A stretch of 48,384 nucleotides of DNA from Trichomonas gallinae (GCA_008369845.1 MRSU01001892.1:1-48384), one strand, 5' to 3'. Counted from the stretch's first letter, positions 1 to 10,644 are shown. Numbers and translations are program-made. The notes: generated by a model not told the origin, from the sequence alone.

Positions 1-570
1 GAGGAAGAAGAGAGACAAAGACTTGAAGAGGAAGCTAGACTCAAGGCAGAAGAAGAGGAAAGACAAAGACTTGAAGAGGAGGCTCGTCTCAAGGCAGAAG
101 AAGAGGAAAGACAGAGGCTTGAGGAAGAAGCCAGACTCAAAGCTGAAGAGGAAGAAAGACAGAGACTTGAAGAGGAAGCTAGACTCAAGGCTGAAGAAGA
201 AGAGAGACAAAGACTCGAAGAGGAAGCTCGTCTCAAAGCTGAGGAAGAAGAGAGACAAAAACTTGAAGAGGAAGAAAGACAAAGACTTGAGGAAGAAGCC
301 AGACTCAAGGCTGAGGAAGAAGAGAGACAAAGACTCGAAGAGGAAGCTCGTCTCAAAGCTGAAGAAGAAGAGAGACTTAAGGCCGAGGAAGAAGCTCGTC
401 TCAAGGCTGAAGAGGAAGAAAGACAGAGACTTGAAGAGGAAGCCAGACTCAAGGCTGAGGAAGAAGAGAGACAAAGACTTGAGGAAGAGGCCAGACTCAA
501 GGCTGAGGAAGAAGAGAGACAGAGACTTGAAGAGGAAGCACGTCTCAAAGCTGAAGAGGAAGAAAAGCAT
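1..570 (+). repeat. Coding tandem repeat, 48-bp unit, about 12 imperfect copies
   Basis: gaggaagaagagagacaaagacttgaagaggaagctagactcaaggca recurs with mostly synonymous changes and a few half-units. Confidence 0.95.
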
Positions 571-1791
571 AGAGCTGAAGAGCAAATAATGTTTATGGCA
601 GCTGAAGAAGCTGTAAAATCACGTGAAATTAATCTTGAAGAAGATGAAAGCTTACGTGCAACTAATATTGAAGAAGATGAAAAATCACATGCAACTAATA
701 TTGAAGAAGATGAAAACTTACGTGCAATTAATATTGAAAGGCATAAGACTTATGTTAGTGCATCAACCAGTCATGAAAGGCAGCTTCTCAACATTGCTCT
801 TAAGCAATGCACTGATAAAATTACATCAGCATGCTTCCGTCACATCGTTATTCCATACAAGCGCTCATTCAACTTTACTGATTACATCGTTCAGCCACTC
901 AAGCAACATCACATCTTTGAATTCAGCTGCCTTGAAGAAGCTGACCTCAACGCAATGTTCGTGCCGGCCTTTAAGGCCATTGAGTTTGCCATTGGCACAG
1001 ATGTTGAACTTGATGGTGCTCTTGGTCTATTGTCGACAATTCTCAATTTCGGTATCGAAATCCATAACATTGCATCTCCATATACAAGCGCATACTTGCC
1101 ATTGATGAAGAAGCTCGAAGGCTACATCACTTCACTCATGGACGTCCTCAAGCAGAAGCTCTTCGCCAGTATCGGAACTTGCATCATGTGTGATGGTGAA
1201 AATATCTCTTTCGACGAAGAATCGAACAAGAACTTAACAGAAACATCTGCCCTCTTCAAGGACTCAATCACCAAATACTCTATCCCAGAGATTATTGTGC
1301 AGACAATCGTTGTCTCGTGCGCTCACTATTTCGCCGCTATGGTGTTCAACGTCATCATTGCGACATCAGAAAGATTCACAGTCCAAAATGTTTCGAAATT
1401 ACTTGAGAAACTCAGAGAAATCCAGGGTCTGTTCGTCTGTCTTCCATCGAACTTCCCTGAAGCATTTTCATCTGTTTTGAGATTGATTTCCATCGTCCAG
1501 GCCTTGGAAGTTGGCACATCACTCCAGAGAATGCAGAAAGATAAGGAATTATGGAGATCTGTCGCAGAAAGGATGGACAACGCAGTTCTCCCTGATGGTG
1601 TAACGCTCGACGACATTGCGCCAAAGGTTGACAGACAGTCATTGACACAGCCAATTCCTCAGAACGATTTCCAATTTTCATATGAGTGGCTTTTCACTAC
1701 ATCAGCAAACAACAACTACGACTTCGAAGATGATGAAGTTGAAAATGAATCTTCAGATGAAGAAGAAGATGCAGACAACTCAGATGAGTAG
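1..1791 (+). CDS. 5'-truncated protein with 16-aa ER/K repeats (single alpha-helix-like) and a C-terminal dilute (DIL)-like domain
   Basis: Frame +1 is open from base 1 (EEEERQRLEEEARLKA repeats) into the listed 589..1791 ORF, so the Met at 589 is internal. YFAAMVFNVIIATSERFTVQNVSKLLEKLREIQ resembles the DIL core; the tail is acidic. Confidence 0.75.
   Translation, partial: EEEERQRLEEEARLKAEEEERQRLEEEARLKAEEEERQRLEEEARLKAEEEERQRLEEEARLKAEEEERQRLEEEARLKAEEEERQKLEEEERQRLEEEARLKAEEEERQRLEEEARLKAEEEERLKAEEEARLKAEEEERQRLEEEARLKAEEEERQRLEEEARLKAEEEERQRLEEEARLKAEEEEKHRAEEQIMFMAAEEAVKSREINLEEDESLRATNIEEDEKSHATNIEEDENLRAINIERHKTYVSASTSHERQLLNIALKQCTDKITSACFRHIVIPYKRSFNFTDYIVQPLKQHHIFEFSCLEEADLNAMFVPAFKAIEFAIGTDVELDGALGLLSTILNFGIEIHNIASPYTSAYLPLMKKLEGYITSLMDVLKQKLFASIGTCIMCDGENISFDEESNKNLTETSALFKDSITKYSIPEIIVQTIVVSCAHYFAAMVFNVIIATSERFTVQNVSKLLEKLREIQGLFVCLPSNFPEAFSSVLRLISIVQALEVGTSLQRMQKDKELWRSVAERMDNAVLPDGVTLDDIAPKVDRQSLTQPIPQNDFQFSYEWLFTTSANNNYDFEDDEVENESSDEEEDADNSDE
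628..740 (+). repeat. Coding tandem repeat, 33-bp unit, about 3.5 copies
   Basis: INLEEDESLRA/TNIEEDEKSHA/TNIEEDENLRA/INIE. Confidence 0.85.
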
Positions 1792-1924
1792 AAATTGTAT
1801 TCCAACTCATAATCTGAGACTTAATATTTTTTTCTTTCACCTTATTAATAAACAACTTTTATTATTGCATAAATCCCCAAATATATTTTTAATTTTAAGC
1901 AACAAAATCGAATACATATATTTA

Positions 1925-2150
1925 TGCTAATCTCTTGAAATCTATTCCGAATCCTGTAAAAAATAGTTTAACAGCTTTATGATGACCTTTTTGTGATGCT
2001 CAAATCAAAGCTGTATTGTCGTAATTGTCTTTTGCGTTGACATTTATTCTAGAAACTGAAAGCAGGAGTTCTGCGATGACCATTTCGCGAAGCCTAAATT
2101 AAGGATGTTTTGTTTTCCTTGTCAAATGTGTTGACGTTTATTCCGGGCAT
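1925..2150 (-). pseudogene. Ankyrin-repeat gene remnant, about 2 repeats
   Basis: Minus strand reads PGINVNTFDKENKTSLI*AS..GH..ELLLSVSRINVNAKDNYDNTALI*ASQKGHHKAVKLF, with stops and frameshifts. Confidence 0.75.
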
Positions 2151-2378
2151 TTATCAATTATATGTACTATCTGAATGAAATTCATTAATAAAACTTAGTC
2201 GAAACTAGTTTGAAATTTCTATTAAAATAATCGTAGCTGACTTATAATCAGTTTTGTCGAATTACATGACAGATATAATATTTTACATGACAAAATGATA
2301 AAAATCAAAGTAATTTCTTTTTCAATCATGTTATACGGTGTATGAATTAGATTCGATGGTAAATTGTCAAAATACAAA

Positions 2379-5279
2379 ATGAATTTTATTTTCATTCTTC
2401 TGATATTAGTAGTAGTATTGTACATTGCTTCAAAACGAGTATATTACTACATAATAAAGAAGATATTGGTTGATTATTTCGATGCTGACGTTTCCTTTTC
2501 ATCAGCATATAATTTTTTCTCTCTATCTAACTTAAAAATTCAAAACGAGCTCGGAGTTCTTACCTGCAAACATGTTGCAATTAATGTTTGGAACCGTCGA
2601 CGAATTATTTTCTCGAATATTGAAACCACTTTCGATTATTCTTTAATTACAAAAGTTCTTGGTATTCTTCAACACGGTGTACTACACAAAGACTCGTCGT
2701 TGGCGTATTTATTTAATTGGACAATCATTCTTAAAGATGTTACAATTTTCGGCGAAACTAATTTGAAATTGAAGAGAGCAGCATTCTCATTATCATCCTC
2801 TATCTTCAACCTAAAAATTGTCGACGTATCTTACACAAATGATATAGTTAATGTATCAATTCCAAAATTTAAGCACACGCTTCATTACTTCGGAAAGATT
2901 CCGAAATTCATCTCATTCCTGCACCCAGTTGTTGAAGTAGAACTGGTCAAAAATCAAATAAAAGCAAGATTTCATGCAATGAAAGCATATTCGAAGAAAA
3001 CGCCAATTTGGCGTTTTACGTCAGATACGTGCGATGTAGTCATTACGTTGCTTAAAAAAGATGAAATTGGCGCTAACACAAACTCGCCAATTGCATTTTC
3101 TGCACCGCAAAACATTAATCTTGCATTTCAAGACGATCAATACACAATAAGCATTCCATACCTTATTGGAAACTCAAGGAATAACATTTTTGATATCAAA
3201 TCCAGCGATTTATCAATTAAATACAAAAATATTACAGCAAAGTCTTTGGATGTTACTGTTCACACATCAATTTTGCCATTATTGCTGCGTCCAGGCATTT
3301 TCGAAACCACCACTTTCTACATCGACGATTTTAGACTGAAAGCTGAAATTGTTAAAAATTCTTATATTAAGCTTGTTTCTCAAAACTATCAGCAGTTTCA
3401 AGGAGTCGTCAGTTCTCTTAAAGGTGAATTGGAATTCGAGCTCCCTCACTGTCGCCCTTTGTTTATCAACACAGATAAACTTGAACTTGATATTAATCGA
3501 ATGGTTAAACTGGAAACGTTCCATATTAAGTATGCTTTTTTGACTGATTTCATGGAAGTGTTGAAATTACTCAATTCTTCACCGTTTTTCAATGAAAAAT
3601 TCAAAATTATTACTTCAAAGGGAATTATTGAGAATGTTTCGCTACTTAATACGATTCAACTCTCCAATGCAGCAATAGATGTAAGCAAAAAGTCACAACC
3701 AACAATTGAAAAATCAAGAGCGATGGTTGATTCAATTTTCCCAGGTTCTATCAATATTTCTCATGTTGTTGGTGTCCAAGAGTTCTCTATCATGTGCAAA
3801 GCCGGAGAATTGATTTCATCAAATTTAGATTTCACCGATTTCGAGATTACAGGCATGGTCTACTTGATGCTGTTGACAGGAGAAATGAAACAACTCGAAT
3901 TTTGCGGAATGTTGGACCTTATTGCAAAGTCTGCTCACGTTTCAATGAAATCCGCCAGAGTTCCAAAGCTGTGGATGATTTCCATGGATATAACAGAAGC
4001 TGGCATGCTCCTTGAGCACGATGCCATCACAGCGCACAATGTTATCGGTGATTTGAATGAATTCAGATTTGATTCTATCTCAACATCGCATGGAATCACA
4101 GGCAAACTCGGTGATTTATGTCCACTTGCTGACGGTAGATCCAGATGCAAACTCGATGAGCTCATAATAAATGGTGCGCATTATAAAAAAGTCGATTTAT
4201 CATTCCAAGATCATTACCCGTCGAAAATGCGCGCGGAAGAGATGAATTTCGGCAACTCAGTGCTAAGAGACTACGAGTTCGACTTCTCTAGAAAGGAGAT
4301 GCGCTCATCATACGGGTCAATTGATCCGAGCCAGTTCGATTTATCGCTCACATCCGACTTCTTTTCGTTCGGAAGCATTTCGCAAGTTGACATCGGAAAG
4401 ATGACATTAATGAATGTTGATATATCGACAACCGCTGGAATTCAAGTCAACATACAGTCAATAGAGACAGCGGCTGGCGAGCCTTTCGCTATAACAGCTG
4501 ATGTCCTCAACTTCGACATCGACGAAGCAATGGAACTGCACGCGAATAAACTGACGATCGAAAGTTCGATGAAATTCGACATCAACAAGTTCTTCAAGAA
4601 CGTCATAGGCTGGAATTTCTCTTCTTCTATTGACGTATTGTCTCTTAAAATCACCGACGGGGAGACGCCACTTAACCAGGCAGAGATGAAAGGAGTTAAT
4701 TTCAACATAAACTTCGAGGAATCAGATAATGATTTCGAGGTTAAACTTGAAGCCGGATCCTTCGATTTCTATGATGTATCCAAAGAGCCTCGCCTCATTA
4801 TGTATATATCTCCTGGAGATAAGGTGTTAATTGGATATATCAAGATTGAAAATTTCGAAATTATCAAGAAATGCTCACTTGGCATTGCTGACTGTTTCAT
4901 AAATGCCACGAAGGAGGATGTGAATGTTATGGCTAGGGTTTTCTCGCCGATTATGCCAAATACAATTGGAGTTCCAATGTATTTCACTAAAGTATTGACG
5001 ATTGAGAACATGGAGTTCAAAGGATTCCCACTATCTATGTCATACTTTGATACAAGCTCTCATTTGTATAGTAGTGACAGATTCTTCCAGTTTGCCATGC
5101 CAATGATGATAATCAATCAGAGATCTCTCAGCCTGCAGAACCTCGTCTATTATATTATGACAGAAAGACAGAAACAAGTAAGAAAGATGATTGAAACAAC
5201 ATTGCAGAGAGAAACAGAAGTTACTACTGAACAGCAAACAAACTCATCAGGTAAAGTTAGATCAGGTGGAAAGAAATAA
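2379..5279 (+). CDS. N-terminally anchored beta-rich protein, possible bridge-like lipid transfer protein (BLTP2/Hobbit/Fmp27- or VPS13-like)
   Basis: ATG at 2379, followed by a hydrophobic anchor (FIFILLILVVVLYIA) and alternating-hydrophobic strands throughout. The C-terminal FPLSMSY...FQFAMPMMIINQRSLSLQNLVYYI segment resembles the Fmp27/Apt1 C-terminal pattern. Confidence 0.5.
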   Translation: MNFIFILLILVVVLYIASKRVYYYIIKKILVDYFDADVSFSSAYNFFSLSNLKIQNELGVLTCKHVAINVWNRRRIIFSNIETTFDYSLITKVLGILQHGVLHKDSSLAYLFNWTIILKDVTIFGETNLKLKRAAFSLSSSIFNLKIVDVSYTNDIVNVSIPKFKHTLHYFGKIPKFISFLHPVVEVELVKNQIKARFHAMKAYSKKTPIWRFTSDTCDVVITLLKKDEIGANTNSPIAFSAPQNINLAFQDDQYTISIPYLIGNSRNNIFDIKSSDLSIKYKNITAKSLDVTVHTSILPLLLRPGIFETTTFYIDDFRLKAEIVKNSYIKLVSQNYQQFQGVVSSLKGELEFELPHCRPLFINTDKLELDINRMVKLETFHIKYAFLTDFMEVLKLLNSSPFFNEKFKIITSKGIIENVSLLNTIQLSNAAIDVSKKSQPTIEKSRAMVDSIFPGSINISHVVGVQEFSIMCKAGELISSNLDFTDFEITGMVYLMLLTGEMKQLEFCGMLDLIAKSAHVSMKSARVPKLWMISMDITEAGMLLEHDAITAHNVIGDLNEFRFDSISTSHGITGKLGDLCPLADGRSRCKLDELIINGAHYKKVDLSFQDHYPSKMRAEEMNFGNSVLRDYEFDFSRKEMRSSYGSIDPSQFDLSLTSDFFSFGSISQVDIGKMTLMNVDISTTAGIQVNIQSIETAAGEPFAITADVLNFDIDEAMELHANKLTIESSMKFDINKFFKNVIGWNFSSSIDVLSLKITDGETPLNQAEMKGVNFNINFEESDNDFEVKLEAGSFDFYDVSKEPRLIMYISPGDKVLIGYIKIENFEIIKKCSLGIADCFINATKEDVNVMARVFSPIMPNTIGVPMYFTKVLTIENMEFKGFPLSMSYFDTSSHLYSSDRFFQFAMPMMIINQRSLSLQNLVYYIMTERQKQVRKMIETTLQRETEVTTEQQTNSSGKVRSGGKK

Positions 5280-6205
5280 ATTATTATGAATAAATTGTTT
5301 GTTATAATTTCTATTTTTTCTTTTTTTGTTTTCTTTAAATATATGCTATATACTAAGGTTGTGAATAAAAAGGCAAAACATAAAATATTACATGCTGCAA
5401 ATAGTTTTAAAAGCAACAATTATATGAAAATAATACTTTTTTGATCCATAGAAGAATTTGGTGGCTTGATTAAACTTCTAAGCATAGATATAAATGATAG
5501 ACTCAATTAAGTCGATAAAAATCGCTCATAATATTTAGACTTATGAATTAAAATGTTCAAACAGTTTAATTTCCATTTAAGGTGATAATGGGTATGCCCG
5601 TGGACATTGAATTTTGCGCATTTCTTTACATGACTCTATTGTATACATTAAATAGTTATATTTTTAAGCGATTTACTTTCTATTTAGGATGTCAATAGCT
5701 GTGACGATGGTCATCTATATATAACATGTTTGAAATCTTTTTTACATGACTATTTATGTTTTTGAAATAATTTGTCAAGTAAAATTTAAAATTTGTCGTG
5801 TAAATCTAGCCATTTGAATAAGAAATTGTTTTTAATGTAATTAAGTGAGGTTTTGTGTTTTATTTTAAAATACCGAACTGAAATTTTGTTGATTGAATTT
5901 GTAAACGAACCTTTTCAAATATTTGTAAAGCAGAAACAAAAAATGACTTTAAAATATTTGACTTATAATTCAAATAACAAAATAACGTTGTATTGATTAA
6001 AACAATAAAATCAAGAAAATTCGATTTGACGTCATTTTCATCTATCTTATCACTATAAACACCCAAATATCAAATGAAAATTAACCACCATGTTTTTTGT
6101 TACAAAACGATGTGTAAACCTTTCAAAATCAAAAATACCAAAATAATAATCTATTGACTGTATTAAATATTAGTGTAAAAAATCAAAAAAATCAAGAAAA
6201 AAACT

Positions 6206-8515
6206 ATGAAAGGGCTGACTGAGCAAGCGATTAACGCCATTATTAGGCCTCCGCGAAAAAAATACGACCTTAACTCTCTTCCACTCACACTATGCGGTGA
6301 TACTACAGACAATAATACGTACTATAGGACTCCCGTTACATTAAAATTAGCGCGCAATGAGAGAATAGAGGGATCGTTGTACTATGGTCCATCAATGGAT
6401 GCATATACTGGTGGTCCGTGTATAGTATATTTACACGGAAACGCTAGCAGTCAAATAGAAGGCAGATTTTTAGTTCCTAACTTCTGTTGTCACAATGTTT
6501 ACGTATTTTGCTTCGATTTTATAGGCTGTGGGTGCAGTTCTGGTGAATATATTTCTCTTGGCGCATATGAAACTCAAGATACAACTTTCATATTAAAATT
6601 CTTACACGAAAATTACAACTTAGGACCATTTATTCTGTGGGGAAGATCTATGGGTGCAGCAACAGCGCTTATGGTGAGAAACAAGAATATTAAAGGCGTT
6701 ATTGCTGATTCTCCATTTATATCAATCAAAGAACTTTGCAACAATATCGCGATTGCGCAGGGTGTCCCTTCTATTTTTGCATCGACAGCTATTTGGTATT
6801 TACAAAAGAAGGTTAACCAAGTTATAGATATAAATTTCGATGAAGTTGCTCCGCTGAATTTCGTTAAAAAGGATCCATATCCAACACTTTATGGGCATGC
6901 AGAAAAAGATGAGTTCATACCATTTACTCACTCAAAAATATTATTCGAAAATACGAGGAATAAAATCAAAAGATTGGAGAAATTACCAGGTGGTCATAAT
7001 GAAAGAAGACCACTTTCATGGATTAAAACTGCAGTTGAATTCGCATATGAACAATTAAATATTAAAGTTCCGAATTTGAAAATTTCAGAGTGCAGAAACT
7101 TACAATCAGCTGAAGCTCACTTCGGAAACTTCGGTGAACTTATTGCAGATACGGAAATCAACGAAGATTCTTCGACCGTTGTTGATGATAATTTATTCAA
7201 GATTGGAGCAACGACACCAGTTGTCTATCATATAGAAGAACCATCTGAAGTAGAAGATTTCGATAATTTAGAGTTTTCAGCGAATGATGATTATCAACCT
7301 GTCGAAATTGTCGTTATTCAAACACCTCCACCCAAGCAGAATGGTAAAGGCACGTGAAACATTCCATCTATAGAAGAAATTAACGAGCAAGCTAATGCTA
7401 AGAATCCGACACCCAAAAAAGAAGGAAAAGGTCTTGCTCCTCAGCCATCTATTGGTAAGCTTACTCTTCTGCATGATCTCCCACCACCTCCCACTGCAGC
7501 CAGCAGCCAGGGCAAAGGGATCAGGCCTTCCCCGTCTCGTCAGCTCGCTTTGCTTCAAGATGAAAAATCCCCGCAAGGGAGATTCGTTATTCTCACTCCA
7601 GAAGATTTCCAGCAAGGCTCTGGCATAAAGAAGTCGCCATCCAAGCAATTAGCTTTCCTCCCAGCCGGAGGAGGAATCAGGGCTTCTCCATCCGGAAGAG
7701 GAAACAGCCTTCTTTTGAACCAAGAAAATCCACCTTCTTCACTTTTGGCCCCTTCAGATGCCAACGACTTTTTCTCACAAGCAGCCGCTAGATTCACTAC
7801 TCCTACACATAAACCATCTCCCCATCTCCAGCCATCTCCTGATCCTTTCGTTCTCAAAGATGATAAATATAAAAATGATGATGACAAAAAGGAAGAGAAA
7901 AAGGATGAAAAATTGCTTACTAAGTCGACCAAAATACGCAGTAAGTCTGAGATGAGACCACCAACTACAGAAAAGAAGGCCAAAGCAAAGAAGAAAGATA
8001 AATCGAAGAAGAAGTCAGTCAAACTTTCAGTGTTAGACACAGCTGCAGATGTTGAAACTGAAGAAACCACTGAAACAGAGGCAACAGTTACAATGGGAGA
8101 CAACTCTAAAAAATCCATGAAGAAAAAGAAGTCAACCAAAAAATCCAAGAATACTGACAAAGATGAAGAAAAACCAGTCCATGAAATACCAAATGAGCAA
8201 AACATGAAGAAGAGCCTAGGAATGTTCAAGAAGAAAACAAGCAAGAAAGCTCAACAAGCAGAACAAACAGATAAGGCAGAAAGTCCAGCAATTCCAGCTG
8301 ATCCGCAAGGATTTGTCAGGAAGTCAAATTCTGGTGACGGCAAAAAAGTAACAATCAAAGTTAAAAAAGAGTCAAAAGTAGAAAATGTTGGTATACCGCT
8401 GAAAAGCGGACGATCGTTGACACTAGATCGCTTGGATGTTCCCAAGAAGACCAAAGATGAGGCAAATTCGCTGTTTCCAAAATCAGCTGTTGCATTTAAT
8501 AGAAATAGGAAATAA
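6206..8515 (+). CDS. Alpha/beta hydrolase (S9-like) with a long low-complexity Lys/Pro/Ser tail, interrupted by one in-frame TGA at 7355-7357
   Basis: Motifs YLHGNAS, WGRSMGA (nucleophile Ser), HAEKDEFI and GGHN. ORFs 6206..7357 and 7550..8515 share a frame with only one stop between them. Confidence 0.8.
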
Positions 8516-8629
8516 TTGTTTTTTATAGTTTTTTGTTTGTAATATTATAGATGTGTATATATTGTATGTATCTTAAATAGAGAATTTTATTATTTATCCC
8601 TGTATTTTTCATTATACATTTATGAATTA

Positions 8630-8815
8630 TAAGTTTTAGGATGAGTTTCACAACATCATGATAGCGATTATATGAAGCACTTATCAAAGCTGTTTTGTCG
8701 TCAATGGTTTTTGGACTGCCATACAATACAGGAACTGAGAGGATGTTGACAATTATATATACATGATGACTATTTAATGAAGCATATATCAATGGTGTAT
8801 CGCTGTTATCGTGAA
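8630..8815 (-). pseudogene. Ankyrin-repeat remnant
   Basis: HDNSDTPLIYASLNSHH...DDKTALISASYNRYHDVVKLIL, with no credible start; lies directly behind the QNG1 stop. Confidence 0.65.
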
Positions 8816-8838
8816 AAAGTTAACTTTATACTCTATTT

Positions 8839-9846
8839 TTAGTAAAAGACACTTCTCGTCTGGTGAATTGGGATGTGGGCCATTTCTTTAGTCATTGCTT
8901 TAGCATATGGCCAAAGAACGAAATCAATCAAGACGGAAGTAACACCTGAATACCTAATAAACTTCTTCAGCTTTTCGACAGCAGCAATTGAGCAACCTCT
9001 AATTTCGCATTCAAGTTCTGAGCCTGGAGGGAAGTGTGGGCGCTCAGTGAGCTCCGTCATAAGGTAGTCATCGTAGTGAATCAAGCCAAGGAAATTCAAG
9101 GCCTGTGGAACACGATAATCTGCAAACATCGTCAATTTGTCGAGATCTGTGAATGAACATGCATCAGCGACGTAATTCTTGTCAGCAGCGAAAGCAAAAT
9201 GGAGATCAGCTGCAAAGATTTGTGCTCTCTTTAAAAAGAAGCACTGACGACCATTATATTCATATTGGTCATTATATGACTCGAGATTGGATCTTACTAA
9301 CTCAACTAACGCGAGCGCAGACTTGTTGCAAGACTTAATCATCTTGAAGGTACTTCCTTCCCAGTTTTTAAGGAGATACTTACCGGCTTCAGATATAGTT
9401 TTGTGGCGCCATTCCAAAAATGGACATGGTGTTTCAGTTGCAGAAGCAAAAATCTTGGCCCAATCTTCAATTGTTGATTCTGCCCAGAAAGATGGCTCCA
9501 GAATCTTCTCATTCTTTAAAACTTCGTTCTTGATCGCAGCGCACATTGACCAGTAGCCAGTGTAAGGCTTTCCGTTGTAATAAACTGTATATGGTGTCTG
9601 ACCAGCCTCTGTCCAGAAGCCATAGTTCATTGTATCGATAAGGAACACGTATGAAGCCTTCTTTTCTGGGTCTGTGAGCTCAGAAGGATGCAATGGAAAT
9701 TTGGACCATGATTCTGGCTTCCAATCACGAACCATTGGCTCAACAACGAAGGCAGCCCTCATGAACTCATCGTCTGAGCCAAGCTTCACGTGTTTTGCGT
9801 TTTGTGAAATAAACTCCGCCGATTCAACAACACGATTTTCAATCAT
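8839..9846 (-). CDS. QNG1: Queuosine nucleotide N-glycosylase / queuosine salvage protein (DUF2419, C9orf64)
   Basis: Motifs DTMNYGFW, FLKRAQIFAADL, LTMFADYRVPQAL, ECEIRGCSI, IDFVLW and C-terminal HQTRSVFY. Confidence 0.93.
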   Translation of the reverse strand: MIENRVVESAEFISQNAKHVKLGSDDEFMRAAFVVEPMVRDWKPESWSKFPLHPSELTDPEKKASYVFLIDTMNYGFWTEAGQTPYTVYYNGKPYTGYWSMCAAIKNEVLKNEKILEPSFWAESTIEDWAKIFASATETPCPFLEWRHKTISEAGKYLLKNWEGSTFKMIKSCNKSALALVELVRSNLESYNDQYEYNGRQCFFLKRAQIFAADLHFAFAADKNYVADACSFTDLDKLTMFADYRVPQALNFLGLIHYDDYLMTELTERPHFPPGSELECEIRGCSIAAVEKLKKFIRYSGVTSVLIDFVLWPYAKAMTKEMAHIPIHQTRSVFY

Positions 9847-10386
9847 TTAAAATCATAGGGTCTGTTAAAATTTAGCAGGGGATAATTAGGGGTTGATATA
9901 TATATATAAAAGGGGTTATATTAGGGGCTGATGAATTTTAAAAGGGTTGCTTATTATTTGATTTGTATTCGAAACTAGTTATGACTAAACTGCAATTGTC
10001 GTTTGGATATCGATACTGATATTGATAATGCGAAACAAGGATATCATTTTCGAAGATATTTTTTTCGATAATCAATTAGAAGATTGATTGATTTATTATG
10101 AATTTCCATTTTTGTAAGTTTCTTCCAAAGGAACATGGTTACAAAAAAATATGAATGATATTGAGGATGAAAAAAAATATTAAAAAATATCATAATGGCT
10201 ACATTCTCAATGAAGCTATTTTGAGAGATAAAGACTATATATAAACTAAAAATAATCGAATTTCAAATAATATTTTATTTGATTGAAAATATTTTAATGA
10301 TTCGAACCAATTTTGGGATATTAATGTTTAGTTACATATAAATATTGATAATTCGTGCTAAATATGCGTTTTTGCACCAAGCAAGC

Positions 10387-10397
10387 TCACTTTTGCG
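10387..10397 (+). promoter_or_regulatory. Initiator-like element upstream of RPL38
   Basis: TCACTTTT lies 33 nt before the ATG and is followed by GCGGTTT, which resembles the trichomonad Myb-bound core promoter motif. Confidence 0.5.
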
Positions 10398-10419
10398 GTT
10401 TTTGGCCGGTCTTTTTTTC

Positions 10420-10644
10420 ATGCCAAAGCAAGTCACAACACCAAAGGAATTCCTCGCCCTCGCTGCTCGTTCTGATGCCAAGTGGGTCAAGGTAAAGAAG
10501 GTTAACGATGACAACACAAAGTTCAAGCTCCGCACAACAAAGTATCTTTATACACTTTCTGTTAAGCCAAAGTTCGTCGAGCTTGTTCAGAACTCCATCC
10601 CAGAGGCTCTTGAAGTCATCGTTCTTGACAAGAAGGCCGAATAA
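10420..10644 (+). CDS. RPL38: 60S ribosomal protein L38 (eL38)
   Basis: MPKQVTTPKEFLALAARSDAK...TKFKLRTTKYLYTL; real start is the ATG at 10420; stop reads TAAA. Confidence 0.95.
   Translation: MPKQVTTPKEFLALAARSDAKWVKVKKVNDDNTKFKLRTTKYLYTLSVKPKFVELVQNSIPEALEVIVLDKKAE

Noticed and set aside
23..589. 188-aa Lys/Arg-rich ORF
   Set aside because: Shadow frame of the 48-bp repeat; frame +1 is continuous with the downstream domain.
1974..2063. Apparent box C/D snoRNA (GCTTT-ATGATGA...CTGA-AAGC)
   Set aside because: Better explained as the reverse strand of an ankyrin remnant with about 96-bp periodicity; no recognisable rRNA guide.
7344..7373. 30-nt GT-AG intron removing the TGA
   Set aside because: No ACTAAC-type branch/acceptor motif, and the sequence matches a repeated peptide motif; kept only as a minor alternative.
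9886..9927. Interstitial telomeric repeat
   Set aside because: Only two non-adjacent TTAGGGG units.
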